In this document: piece by piece, positions 37,747 through 46,877 of the stretch
How the letters are laid out: the number at the start of each line of letters is the position of its first letter
Position numbering within the stretch: position 1 is the first letter of the stretch
From: Syntrophorhabdaceae bacterium
Lineage (GTDB): Bacteria > Desulfobacterota > Syntrophorhabdia > Syntrophorhabdales > Syntrophorhabdaceae
Length of the DNA: 64,000 bases
Assembly (NCBI GenBank): GCA_963665295.1
Contig: OY762209.1
Location: forward strand, 928,001 to 992,000
Direction: 5' to 3'
Position numbers and translations under genes: made by a program
Notes under the pieces: generated by a model
Told to the model about the DNA's origin: nothing
The model's input: only the letters and a program-made list of their open reading frames with translations
The model's database searches: none

Positions 37747-38334
37747 TTACTTCCCCTCAGGGGTCTTTGATTTATCCTCTTGATCTGCCGGAGGCGAAAT
37801 CTTCTTCTCCAGACCGACCACCACGATAGCGTCGGCCACACCCTGGACAAAGGCAGGTTCAACATCTTTTATATCCGTCGAGCCGCCATGTATGCCCCCC
37901 CACGCAAAGGTTTTCTGAAGAGTAAATTCAGCCACGGGTTCCTTTTCTGAGGTTGCAAGGAAGAGAGAAAAGTCTCCATCGATGTGAATCTGTCCCAAGC
38001 CGGCCAACATAAAGCGAGCAAAGGCGCTCCCCTCTTCATATTGGGTGATCTTTGAATTGAGAATGAAAGCGCGCTTATCGGTTGTGTTGCACTGAGCGTT
38101 CTTCTTCTTCAGGTTTATCGCATTCGTCATCATGTCCGCCAGCCTCAGGCGGCCGTTTTCCTGCAAAGGGACACCATCGGCAACGGTAAGTTTGATAGTT
38201 GCATCGTCGTTGGCACACAAGCGATGGCTATCGGAGATGGGCTTGCTGAATTGGGCGGTTGGCGCCGTGGTTGAGCAGCCATAGAAACCAGCAAAAGAAG
38301 CAATCAAGAAAAGAAAGATAAGACCTTTTTTCAT
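37747..38334 (-). CDS. DUF4410-like lipoprotein
   Basis: Start MKKGLIFL with RBS AAGGAGG; lipobox FYGC; ITQYEEGSAFARFMLAGLG. Confidence 0.75.
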   Translation of the reverse strand: MKKGLIFLFLIASFAGFYGCSTTAPTAQFSKPISDSHRLCANDDATIKLTVADGVPLQENGRLRLADMMTNAINLKKKNAQCNTTDKRAFILNSKITQYEEGSAFARFMLAGLGQIHIDGDFSLFLATSEKEPVAEFTLQKTFAWGGIHGGSTDIKDVEPAFVQGVADAIVVVGLEKKISPPADQEDKSKTPEGK

Positions 38335-38986
38335 ACAGATGTTCCTCCTTAACGTATTTTCGCCGACATTGTCGGACGTAAAATTCAAGGGACGACCTTC
38401 TTTTCGCCCCTCCTATTCCTAACGATCAGCGCACTGCAGCTAAAAGGTTTCTGGAGTAAACGCTATGATGAGCCGATTAGCCAAGACATAAACGTGTAAA
38501 ACCCTCCGCGAAGACAGAGCCTCTGTTTCTGATGACCTGGAGGCTCTGCCCTGTTCGTTCTTTAGGTGTATCGTTATTTAGAGCCCAATACGAGCATGGC
38601 GCCGGCCGGATCCAATGTGAGGCCGCTGACCTTCTTTGATTTGTTAATGCTCGTCACGATCCTCTGCGCTATATAGTCGCCTACCGGTAGGGACGCTTTG
38701 TCCAATGTGAGACTAGTCACTTTATCGTCATAAGACGTGAAAATGACTCCGCCAATAAGAGCTATTACGCCCACTTCAAGCCAACTGACTTCCGTCCAGG
38801 TTCTGTTCATGGACGCATGCCGAACATCAAGCTCAATCGGAAATTTAAACATGTCTATCTGGCTTTTGTCTGCGGCTTTTGTGAGCGTGACATCGATATC
38901 ATAATTTACTGAATACACATAGCCATTCCATGCCGGGGTAAAGATGCGGAACGTGTCAATGAAAATGAGACACTTCCATCAGATAT

Positions 38987-39985
38987 TTAGTGTACCCCGC
39001 CATCGCTCGTTGATAATGGCTTATTGATCCAGACGGCGTCAGGCAGTGACGCCGGTTTCGGCATCCTCCCCTTGAACCGTTCCGGATGTTTTTCATACGC
39101 AGCCCGCAGTACGTCCGTACGACCTTCAATGATCCTCAACGCTCTTCCATAATGGACGTCCTCGGGGGTGAGAAGACCTATCCCCGAATGGTAATGCTCG
39201 GTATTGTACCAGGGGAAGAATGTCTGGCAAAAGGCCCGGGCATCCTCAATGGAGCCGAACCTTTGAGGGAACTCGGGCCGGTACTTCATGGTCTTGAACT
39301 GAGATTCGGAATAGGGGTTGTCATTACTGACCGAAGGCCTCGAATGGCTCTTGGTGACCCCGAGATCGGCCATGAGCAGGGCGACGGGTTTCGACGTCAT
39401 ACTCGACCCCCTGTCCGCATGGATCAGGAGCTTACCGGGCTCTATCATTTGCTTCTCGCAGGTCTCCGCGATCAGTTTGCGAGCAAGGGCGGCAAGTTCC
39501 CTGTGGGCCACCATCCACCCCACCACATAGCGGCTGTAGATGTCGAGGATCACATAGAGGTAGTAGTAGGTCCATTTTACGGAACCCTTGAGCTTCGTGA
39601 TATCCCAGCTCCACGCCTCGTTGGGCGCCTTCGCGAGGATCTCCGGTTTTGCGTACCGGGGACGGGAGACCTGCCTCCTCCTTTCTTTCAGCTCACCTTC
39701 TTCTTCAAGGATCCGGTACATGGTGCGCACTGAACAGAGATAGCTCTTCTCGTCCAGGAGGGCCGCGTAGATTTCCCGGGGTGCTTTATCGATGAAGCGG
39801 TCCGAATGAAGGATATCAAGTACATCGTTCCGTTCCCCGAAGGAGAGGGCCAAGGGAGAGAGACGGTTCAAAGGTTCCTTCTCTTTCGGATGCTGCCACC
39901 GGTAAAAGCCCGCACGGGATACGTCGAGGGCGTTGCAGGCAGGGCGGATACCCACTTCATGGGCAAGCGATTGCGTGATGTTCAT
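38987..39985 (-). CDS. IS3 transposase OrfB (rve DDE)
   Basis: WSWDIT, HADRG, DNPYSESQF. It is in the -1 frame of OrfA after the A8G slippery site at 40023-40031. Confidence 0.95.
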   Translation of the reverse strand: MNITQSLAHEVGIRPACNALDVSRAGFYRWQHPKEKEPLNRLSPLALSFGERNDVLDILHSDRFIDKAPREIYAALLDEKSYLCSVRTMYRILEEEGELKERRRQVSRPRYAKPEILAKAPNEAWSWDITKLKGSVKWTYYYLYVILDIYSRYVVGWMVAHRELAALARKLIAETCEKQMIEPGKLLIHADRGSSMTSKPVALLMADLGVTKSHSRPSVSNDNPYSESQFKTMKYRPEFPQRFGSIEDARAFCQTFFPWYNTEHYHSGIGLLTPEDVHYGRALRIIEGRTDVLRAAYEKHPERFKGRMPKPASLPDAVWINKPLSTSDGGVH

Positions 39986-40380
39986 GACTTCTCCTCGCTC
40001 GACCCCTTGAGCAGCTCGGCCACTTTTTTTTGGACCTCGATAATGAGCTCCGCCTGTTTCAGTTTATGGGTGAGCCTCGTGTTCTCCTTTTCCAGTTCGA
40101 TGGTGCGACGGATAAGGGGATCAGGCTTTTGTGTGACGGGTCCTCTCTTTTTCGGGATGAGGCCCTGGTGAACCTGACGCCGCCATGAGGTGAGGCTCGA
40201 TGAATAAAGTCCCTCTCTGCGCAGAAGCGCCCCTATCTCACCCTTCCCGGTACAGTTCTCCACCTCCTTGAGGATACGGAGCTTGTACGCCGCGGTGAAT
40301 TTCCGGCGAACTGCCTTTTCCGGTACTTCCGGATCGGGGACTACCCTTGGTGATGCCATGACTGATTTCTTTTCTTCCAC
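39982..40380 (-). CDS. IS3 transposase OrfA
   Basis: RRKFTAAYKLRIL...LRREGLYSS HTH plus coiled coil. Confidence 0.92.
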   Translation of the reverse strand: MEEKKSVMASPRVVPDPEVPEKAVRRKFTAAYKLRILKEVENCTGKGEIGALLRREGLYSSSLTSWRRQVHQGLIPKKRGPVTQKPDPLIRRTIELEKENTRLTHKLKQAELIIEVQKKVAELLKGSSEEKS

Positions 40381-40937
40381 GATCGTTCTTTCCTTCCCGC
40401 CCCCAAGAGTCTAAACTATTGGGTGGGAAGTGTCTCACTTATATTGGCACGGAGGGATGAGGAATCCGGGGAAATTTATCAGGAAGTTCCATCCAGACCC
40501 TTCATGCCTTGGCGTGACCCCGATAGTCGCTATGATATCAACAGGCTTAGAACTCGACTCACTATACGGAATGAGGACTTCTGCGCCGTATTTTGAAAGT
40601 TCCGTTCCGGCGGACTTAACTATCCTGCTGTCTTCGTAGTCCTGCGCCTTACCTATTATCCCGACGGAAACGTGGCTTTCGCAGGACGTCGCGGTCGTTG
40701 AATTGTATTTTGACAAATTCGTAATTTCAAGGCTATGCGAACATCCGGCGAGAAGTAACAAATGAAGTCCTATCATGATAACTGCTATGTTCTTCTTCGC
40801 TGGGGTTCGCGGCCCCACAAAGATTTTCATCAAAGCCCCCTTTTTTCGCAGTTAATATGCGCTGCGGTTGTCGCTCCCCCAAATATCCCTTCTGGTTAGA
40901 TTTATAGAATATCGCCGTCTTTCGTACATTGTCAACG

Positions 40938-40967
40938 TAATTCTACCCCACATGTGGGGTAGAATTA
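40938..40967. promoter_or_regulatory. Perfect 30-bp palindrome (probable operator)
   Basis: TAATTCTACCCCACATGTGGGGTAGAATTA, 2 bp upstream of a minus-strand TTGACA (40930-40935). Confidence 0.7.
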
Positions 40968-41044
40968 TTGCCGCCCGAAATTCGCTACATAACCAACAAA
41001 GCGCCGTGGGTTCGCTTTCAGGAAGGAGGCGACAGTCTCCTTCT

Positions 41045-41878
41045 TTAATTCCTGCACAACACATTCGACCTGTTGCCTTCACAGAGGACGCTTCGGAGCT
41101 TCCTTAGCTCCCGTTCGCCCCGCATCTCAACTCTCCTCGGCGATCCCCTCTCGACCTGATAAAGAAGAGTGTAATCTTCGAGGAGACGAGCCTTCCCCCC
41201 TTCGAATGGCGTCCTTGTTATCCTGCACCGAACGGTAATGTCAGCAAATCCATCACTATCAACATCCCACAGACTGTGAAGACAATCATAGTGATCGACT
41301 CCATCATCGTACCGGTCATCACTGCCTATAAGGATATGAGGATCATTAGTTGGCCAGACGCGAACACTCCACGAAGCCGACTTCCTGTCATAGGCAAAGG
41401 ACGAGAGAAGTTCTGCCGCTTCACACTCCCGACATGAGAAATACCTGAAGACAACATCTGTAGTGCCAGGTTCAAAACATGTTATGGCGAGAAGCGACCA
41501 GTTCCAGAACGCCGTATCGGTGTCCAGTTGTTTCTTGATCCGGGTGTTAAGTTCGTAAAAAAAGGCACGATAGAAATAATGGTCAGGATCATCAACCTGT
41601 CTTTCTCTGTTCTCGATGAGAACTATACACGAGGAGCTATAGCACCCGATACGCGCAACCCTCTTGTAAAAGTAAGGGACTGTGGGAGCTGTCTTTTCCG
41701 GATCATCCAGCTGTAGCTCGGAACGAAACGAAGCGAGAACCCTATTCCATAGCTGAGGTTCATCCTGTTCGCTCATCCAGGTAAAGGCATCCGGAACTTC
41801 GGCATGTACCGAGCCGGCCAGGGCGAAGGCGAGGAACAGAAGCCACAAGATCGGTACTCGAACGATCAGCATTATCAT
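41045..41878 (-). CDS. Secreted hypothetical protein
   Basis: Signal peptide ending SVHA; several Cys pairs; DVDSDGFAD Ca-loop-like motif. Start uncertain. Confidence 0.7.
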   Translation of the reverse strand: MIMLIVRVPILWLLFLAFALAGSVHAEVPDAFTWMSEQDEPQLWNRVLASFRSELQLDDPEKTAPTVPYFYKRVARIGCYSSSCIVLIENRERQVDDPDHYFYRAFFYELNTRIKKQLDTDTAFWNWSLLAITCFEPGTTDVVFRYFSCRECEAAELLSSFAYDRKSASWSVRVWPTNDPHILIGSDDRYDDGVDHYDCLHSLWDVDSDGFADITVRCRITRTPFEGGKARLLEDYTLLYQVERGSPRRVEMRGERELRKLRSVLCEGNRSNVLCRN

Positions 41879-41978
41879 CTTTATTATGTCATGAACGGGG
41901 CAGCATTCAAAGCAGAGTTTTTGGTCAATAATTGTCACCACTCAAAAGCATAGACCACTTATTAAATATGCCGGTTGT

Positions 41979-42091
41979 GAGGTTCAGCAGGCAAGTTGAC
42001 GGGTCAAAACCGATGGGAGGCAGGCCCAGGACCATCGCGCGCTTCGCGGTACGGCCTTTCTTTCAACGGGCCTTTATTTCCGGCATCGATT
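41979..42091 (+). repeat. 113-bp direct repeat, copy 1 (partner 44059-44171)
   Basis: Near-identical at an offset of exactly 2080 bp; the copies flank the R-M genes. Confidence 0.93.
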
Positions 42092-42255
42092 TTATTAGAT
42101 ATGCCGGTTGTGAGGCCCCACGTTTCCAACGGGTCATCAAAAGGCAAAGAGCCTACAGGAACACGGGGCAAGGTAATAGTCGATGCCTTATGTGGACCCG
42201 CCGTTTTTCTTTCATTGACGTGTGTTCGCAATCCTGATAGCATAATCCTGACAGA

Positions 42256-42972
42256 ATGAACATCGACCTCACTGACAGGATCACCAAAGCAGTTTCTCAT
42301 TACTGGCAGACCCGATCTGCACAGCGTCAAAAACAGCAACAAAGCGGCAAAGCCGATCAAGGGTTGAGGAGCGCCGTAACGGGTGGTGCCCAGATGGATG
42401 GCTTCATTGATTTTCTGACCGACCTTATCGTACGGTCCGGTATAGGTGAGGAATTCGTTTTCCGGAGAAAGGCCGTTGAAATTCCGGGGTACTTCAGGCC
42501 CACCAAAGAATGGGACCTTCTTGTTGTTCGTGACAAGACGTTGATGGCGGTAATAGAAGCAAAGTCTCAGGTTGGTCCTTCTTTCGGAAACAACTTCAAT
42601 AACCGGACGGAGGAGGCAATAGGAAGCGCCCTCGACCTATGGACCGCGTTCAGGGAACGTGCGTACCTCGACAGCCCGCAACCCTTTTTGGGGTATTTCT
42701 TTATGCTTGAGGACTGTGAAGCGTCAGTCAGACCCGTCTCTGTCCAGGAGCACCACTTCAAGGTTTTCTCTGAATTCGTGGGCGCTTCATATATGAAACG
42801 TTACGAACTATTCTGCCGGAAGCTTGTCCTTGAAAGACATTACTCTGCCGCGGCTTTTATCACCTCAAGGTCTGATACCGGGATTAGGGGAGCATATAAG
42901 ACTCCTGCCGACGATTTATCCCTCGAACGGTTCGCCCGGACGTTGGCCGCCCACGTGAAGAGTTTTGCCTGA
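42256..42972 (+). CDS. Type II restriction endonuclease, PaeR7I/XhoI family
   Basis: RSAVTGGAQMDGF, PGYFRPTKEWDL, EAKSQVGPSFGNNFNNRTEEAIG. Confidence 0.9.
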   Translation: MNIDLTDRITKAVSHYWQTRSAQRQKQQQSGKADQGLRSAVTGGAQMDGFIDFLTDLIVRSGIGEEFVFRRKAVEIPGYFRPTKEWDLLVVRDKTLMAVIEAKSQVGPSFGNNFNNRTEEAIGSALDLWTAFRERAYLDSPQPFLGYFFMLEDCEASVRPVSVQEHHFKVFSEFVGASYMKRYELFCRKLVLERHYSAAAFITSRSDTGIRGAYKTPADDLSLERFARTLAAHVKSFA

Positions 42973-43885
42973 AATCATGACTGCAACGTCTCACAGACTT
43001 ATTACGGGCGATGCACGAGATCTCGCCTTTTTGGCAGACGAGTCGGTGCACCTTGTAGTGACGTCTCCGCCCTATTGGAACCTAAAGCGATACAATGAAT
43101 CCCCTGATCAAATGGGTCACATCGAGGATTACGAGGTCTTTCTCCGGGAACTTGAGAAAGTATGGAGACACGTTTTTCGTGTGCTTGTTCCAGGCGGACG
43201 GCTTGTTTGTGTGGTCGGCGATGTCTGCGTCGCCAGACGCAATTTTGGGCGACACCTCGTATTTCCTCTCCACGCTGATATCTGCGTCATCTGCAGGCGG
43301 ATCGGCTTTGACAACCTCAATCCGATCATCTGGCACAAAATAGCCAATGCATCGTACGAGGTGGCAAATGGTTCAAGGTTCCTTGGAAAGCCGTATGAAC
43401 CAAACGCAATAGTCAAAAACGACATGGAGTTCATCCTCATGCAGCGGAAGCCCGGCGGATACCGGAAGCCCTCGGGGGCTCAGCGTGAAGCGAGCAGGAT
43501 ATCGAAGGAGGAATTCGACCGCTGGTTCCAGCAGATATGGAACATAACAGGAGCTTCAACAAAATACCATCCCGCGCCATTCCCCTCGGAACTGGCGACC
43601 CGCCTCGTACGCATGTTCTCTTTTGCGGGTGACACAGTTCTTGACCCATTTTGCGGCTCGGGTACCACCATGGTTGCCGCCCTCAGGACCGGGCGGAACA
43701 GTATCGGAGTGGAAATAGATCCGGATTATTGCCGGATGGCGGCCCGCTATCTCAAGGCCGAGAGTTCCAGTCTTTTCTCCGAGATTAACCTGGTCTTCGA
43801 AAGAGTCACTGCCGAAAACGAATGCATGGTAAGAGAGGATCAAACGCTTTACGAAATAAAACCGGCCCGTAAAAAACTGACCTGA
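42965..43885 (+). CDS. Beta-class N4/N6 DNA methyltransferase
   Basis: VTSPPYW precedes HPAPFP and VLDPFCGSGTT. Start may be ATG 42977. Confidence 0.92.
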   Translation: MPEIMTATSHRLITGDARDLAFLADESVHLVVTSPPYWNLKRYNESPDQMGHIEDYEVFLRELEKVWRHVFRVLVPGGRLVCVVGDVCVARRNFGRHLVFPLHADICVICRRIGFDNLNPIIWHKIANASYEVANGSRFLGKPYEPNAIVKNDMEFILMQRKPGGYRKPSGAQREASRISKEEFDRWFQQIWNITGASTKYHPAPFPSELATRLVRMFSFAGDTVLDPFCGSGTTMVAALRTGRNSIGVEIDPDYCRMAARYLKAESSSLFSEINLVFERVTAENECMVREDQTLYEIKPARKKLT

Positions 43886-43890
43886 CTTGC

Positions 43891-44062
43891 GGGGAACTCT
43901 GCGGGGGAGGCCTTTGATATCTATGCTTGTCCGGAGAAACCGCGGGGCGTGGGTTATCGGTTTAAAGGCTGACCGCATAGGACCTCGCGACATAGGCATT
44001 TTCCGACAGGCTTCAGTAGATCAAAAACAGCTTTGTACCGTTCTCTTTGAACTCCGTAGAGG
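43891..44062 (-). repeat. About 170-bp inverted repeat, copy 2 (contains an orphan 3' end of a 36509 paralogue)
   Basis: Minus strand encodes TEFKENGTKLFLIY* versus TELKENGTKLFSIY* in 36509..37372. Confidence 0.92.
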
Positions 44063-44171
44063 TTCGGCAAGCAAGTTGACGGGTCAGAACCGATGGGAGA
44101 CAGTCCCGGGACAATCGCGCGCTTCGCGGTACGGCCTTTATTTCAACGGGCCTTTATTTCCGGCATCGATT
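44059..44171 (+). repeat. 113-bp direct repeat, copy 2
   Basis: Matches 41979-42091. Confidence 0.93.
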
Positions 44172-44196
44172 GATTAAAATAAATAGGTTGCGCCGG

Positions 44197-44348
44197 GTGG
44201 AGTAGGTGGGGGCGTGGAGCGAAAGTTTCAGATGGGCTGCTCTGTGAAGGGGTGTGGCCTGGAGCCGTACTTAATGTACGGAGGAAGGCTCGCCCCTTTG
44301 CAGAGGGGTCCATATGGAGCTTTCACTTCACGCCCCCACCTGTCCACT
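44197..44348 (+). repeat. About 150-nt imperfect hairpin (MITE/REP-like or structured RNA)
   Basis: Arms of about 75 nt pair around CCGTAC-TTAAT-GTACGG. Confidence 0.85.
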
Positions 44349-44461
44349 GGAACTAAACATACCACAACTTCCGAATACATCAGAACTTTCTCCGAGCCCC
44401 TCTGCTCCGTGCGCCTCTTCCGCTGCCCGTGGGCGGTCCCGGGGCGGTCCGAGGTATTTTA

Positions 44462-44490
44462 TTGCATTAACTTGAAAAACTTACTATAAT
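44462..44490 (+). promoter_or_regulatory. Sigma70 promoter of the phoU-pst operon
   Basis: TTGCAT-17 bp-TATAAT. Confidence 0.65.
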
Positions 44491-44521
44491 CTGCGCGGTA
44501 AATCCATGAGGAGGACCATCG

Positions 44522-45202
44522 GTGGAAGGACATATCTATAAGGCCTTCGATTTAGAGTTGAAGGAGCTTAAAGAGAAACTGCTCTATGAGGGCGGGCTCG
44601 TGGAAAGGGGCATCAGGGACGCTACCAAGGCGCTCCTCGAGCGCTATTCCGAACTTGCCCAGAAGGTCATCGAGGACGACGAGGTGATCAACGCCAAAGA
44701 GGTGGAGATCGACGAATACTGTCTGAAACTCCTCGCCCTCCGCCAGCCCGCGGCGCGGGACTTGAGATTCATCACCACCGCCATCAAGATCAATTACGAT
44801 CTCGAAAGAATCGGCGACATGGCGGTCAACATCTGCGAGAGGGTCCTGGAACTGAACGAGGAACCACAGCTCAAGCCCTACATCGACCTCCCCACCATGG
44901 CTGGGACGGTCCAGCTCATGGTAAAGGAAAGCCTTGATGCATTTGTGAGGGAAGATGTCGAATTAGCGAAAAAAGTCACGGAACAGGACGCAAAGGTTGA
45001 CCAGCTTCTGGAACAGATATTCCGGGAACTGCTCACCTACATGATGCAGGACCTTAAGACCATCTCGAGGGCCACTAGGCTCCTCTTCATATCGAAGTAC
45101 CTCGAGAGGATGGCGGACCACGCAGTCAATATCGCGGAACTGGTGATATTCATGGTTCAGGGGAAAATCATCAGGCACCTCAAGGACCATCCCGGGGAAT
45201 AA
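44522..45202 (+). CDS. phoU: Phosphate signalling protein PhoU
   Basis: RQPAARDLR, DLERIGD, YLERMADH. Confidence 0.95.
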   Translation: MEGHIYKAFDLELKELKEKLLYEGGLVERGIRDATKALLERYSELAQKVIEDDEVINAKEVEIDEYCLKLLALRQPAARDLRFITTAIKINYDLERIGDMAVNICERVLELNEEPQLKPYIDLPTMAGTVQLMVKESLDAFVREDVELAKKVTEQDAKVDQLLEQIFRELLTYMMQDLKTISRATRLLFISKYLERMADHAVNIAELVIFMVQGKIIRHLKDHPGE

Positions 45203-45205
45203 GCA

Positions 45206-46021
45206 ATGGCAAAGGCCATCGGCATCATCCTTTCCTTTACAATAATGGTGTTCTTTTTCTCGGGCTGCTTGCCGGAGAAAGAAGGACGGAAGGCAAAGAA
45301 GCACACCATCACCGTGGCGGGCTCCACCTCGGTCATGCCCTTCACCGAGAAGCTCGCGGAACATTTCATGGTGGACCACCCGGAACTCGTGGTGGATGTG
45401 CAGGGCGGCGGCTCTACCGCCGGCATTCAGGCGTGTTTGAACAGGACGGTAAACATCGGCATGTCATCGAGGCAGCTCAAAGAAGGCGAGACGAGTCTCA
45501 GGGAGATAATTATCTGTTATGACGGAATATCCGTGGTAGTCCACGCGGGCAACCCCATCAACGGCCTCTCCCTGAAGCAGGTGGCCGACATCTTTGCGGG
45601 CAGGATCACCAACTGGCGCGAGCTGGGCTGGGTCAACAGGAAGATCGACGTCATCACGAGAGAAGAAGGCTCGGGCACCCGAGGCTCCTTCGAAGACCTT
45701 GTAATGAAGGGTCAGGAGATAGACGACGCCATCATGGTCCAGGATTCGAACGGCTCCGTAAAGGAGATCGTGGCAACGGACCCTTACGCCATGGGGTACA
45801 TATCGCTGGGCCTCGTGGACAAGAGGGTGAAGGCCCTCGCCATCGACGGGATCATGCCCACGGTGCAGAGCATAAAGTCGAAGGACTACAGGATCGTACG
45901 CCCCTTCCTTTACCTCACCAACGGAGACCCGGCACCGTACGTGAAACCCTTCATAAGCTACGTGCTCGGGGACGGGCAGCGCGTCCTAAAGAAAGAGGGG
46001 TTGATAGGGGCAAATGACTAA
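45206..46021 (+). CDS. pstS: Phosphate ABC substrate-binding lipoprotein
   Basis: Lipobox FSGC; GSTSV, GGGSTAG, REEGSGTR. Confidence 0.92.
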   Translation: MAKAIGIILSFTIMVFFFSGCLPEKEGRKAKKHTITVAGSTSVMPFTEKLAEHFMVDHPELVVDVQGGGSTAGIQACLNRTVNIGMSSRQLKEGETSLREIIICYDGISVVVHAGNPINGLSLKQVADIFAGRITNWRELGWVNRKIDVITREEGSGTRGSFEDLVMKGQEIDDAIMVQDSNGSVKEIVATDPYAMGYISLGLVDKRVKALAIDGIMPTVQSIKSKDYRIVRPFLYLTNGDPAPYVKPFISYVLGDGQRVLKKEGLIGAND

Positions 46022-46877
46022 GAAGTCATTCACGAAAGAAAATTTCGTCAAGTGGGTGCTGACAGGTTTTGCCTTCTCCTCCCTCCTGTTCCTGTTCCTC
46101 ATCTTCGCCTTCATCCTGGTGGAAGGACTGCCGCTTTTCCTCAAGGTCGGCCTGAACAAGATCATTTTCGGGTTCAAGTGGGCCCCCACAAAGGGTTCTT
46201 TCGGGATCTTCCCCATGATCATATCGTCCTTTCTCGTCACCTTCGGCGCCCTCGTTATCGGCGCTCCCATGGGCCTCTCCTGCGCCATATACCTCTCGGA
46301 GTATTCGGGCAAGAAGATGCAGATGTTTCTCAAGCCCGCCCTCGAACTTCTCGCGGGCATCCCTTCCGTGGTCTACGGCTTCCTCGGGGTAATCTACATT
46401 GTCCCCATCGTGAGGAATTACCTCGGAGGCTCCGGCTTCTCCCTTCTCGCCACGTCCATAATCCTCGGGATAATGATACTGCCCACCATTATCAGCATCT
46501 CCTTCGACGCCCTGGTAAGCGTACCCAGGACGTACCGTGAGGGCTCCTTCGCCATGGGGGCCACCAAGTGGCAGACCATCTACAGGGTCATCATCCCTTC
46601 GGCCAAATCGGGCATCCTCGCGAGTTTCATCCTCGGCATGGGCCGGGCCATCGGAGAGACCATGGCGGTCATCATGGTGGCGGGCAACGCGCTCAAAATA
46701 CCGGTGACCATACTGGACCCCCTGAGGACCCTCACCGGCAATATCGCCCTGGAACTCGCCTATGCCACGGGCGACCACAGGCAGAGCCTCTTCTCCACGG
46801 GGGTCGTGCTCCTCGTAATCATCATGATCCTCAATTACATCGCTAACTTCGGAATAAAGAGGAAGGTCATTAAATGA
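46014..46877 (+). CDS. pstC: Phosphate ABC permease PstC
   Basis: LAGIPSVVYG, GRAIGETMAV. Confidence 0.93.
   Translation: MTKKSFTKENFVKWVLTGFAFSSLLFLFLIFAFILVEGLPLFLKVGLNKIIFGFKWAPTKGSFGIFPMIISSFLVTFGALVIGAPMGLSCAIYLSEYSGKKMQMFLKPALELLAGIPSVVYGFLGVIYIVPIVRNYLGGSGFSLLATSIILGIMILPTIISISFDALVSVPRTYREGSFAMGATKWQTIYRVIIPSAKSGILASFILGMGRAIGETMAVIMVAGNALKIPVTILDPLRTLTGNIALELAYATGDHRQSLFSTGVVLLVIIMILNYIANFGIKRKVIK

Larger units (their letters stand above)
38947..40455 (-). mobile_element. IS3-family insertion sequence
   Basis: IRs TGTCAATGAAAATGAGACACTTCC (38954) and TGCCAATATAAGTGAGACACTTCC (ends 40449); 4-bp TSD GATG at 38943 and 40456. Confidence 0.93.
38574..40830 (-). pseudogene. Lipoprotein gene split by the IS3 element
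   Basis: The N-terminal part (lipobox LLAGC ... NFPGFLI) and C-terminal part (FTPAWNGYVYSV...) rejoin in frame (248 codons) when 38947-40455 plus one GATG are removed. Confidence 0.88.

Noticed and set aside
41945..41970. dif/Xer site
   Set aside because: TTATTAAAT only loosely resembles the XerD arm TTATGTTAAAT, and the spacing and XerC arm do not fit.
44400..44521. Pho box upstream of phoU
   Set aside because: No CTGTCAT-type direct repeats are seen, only a plain sigma70 promoter.
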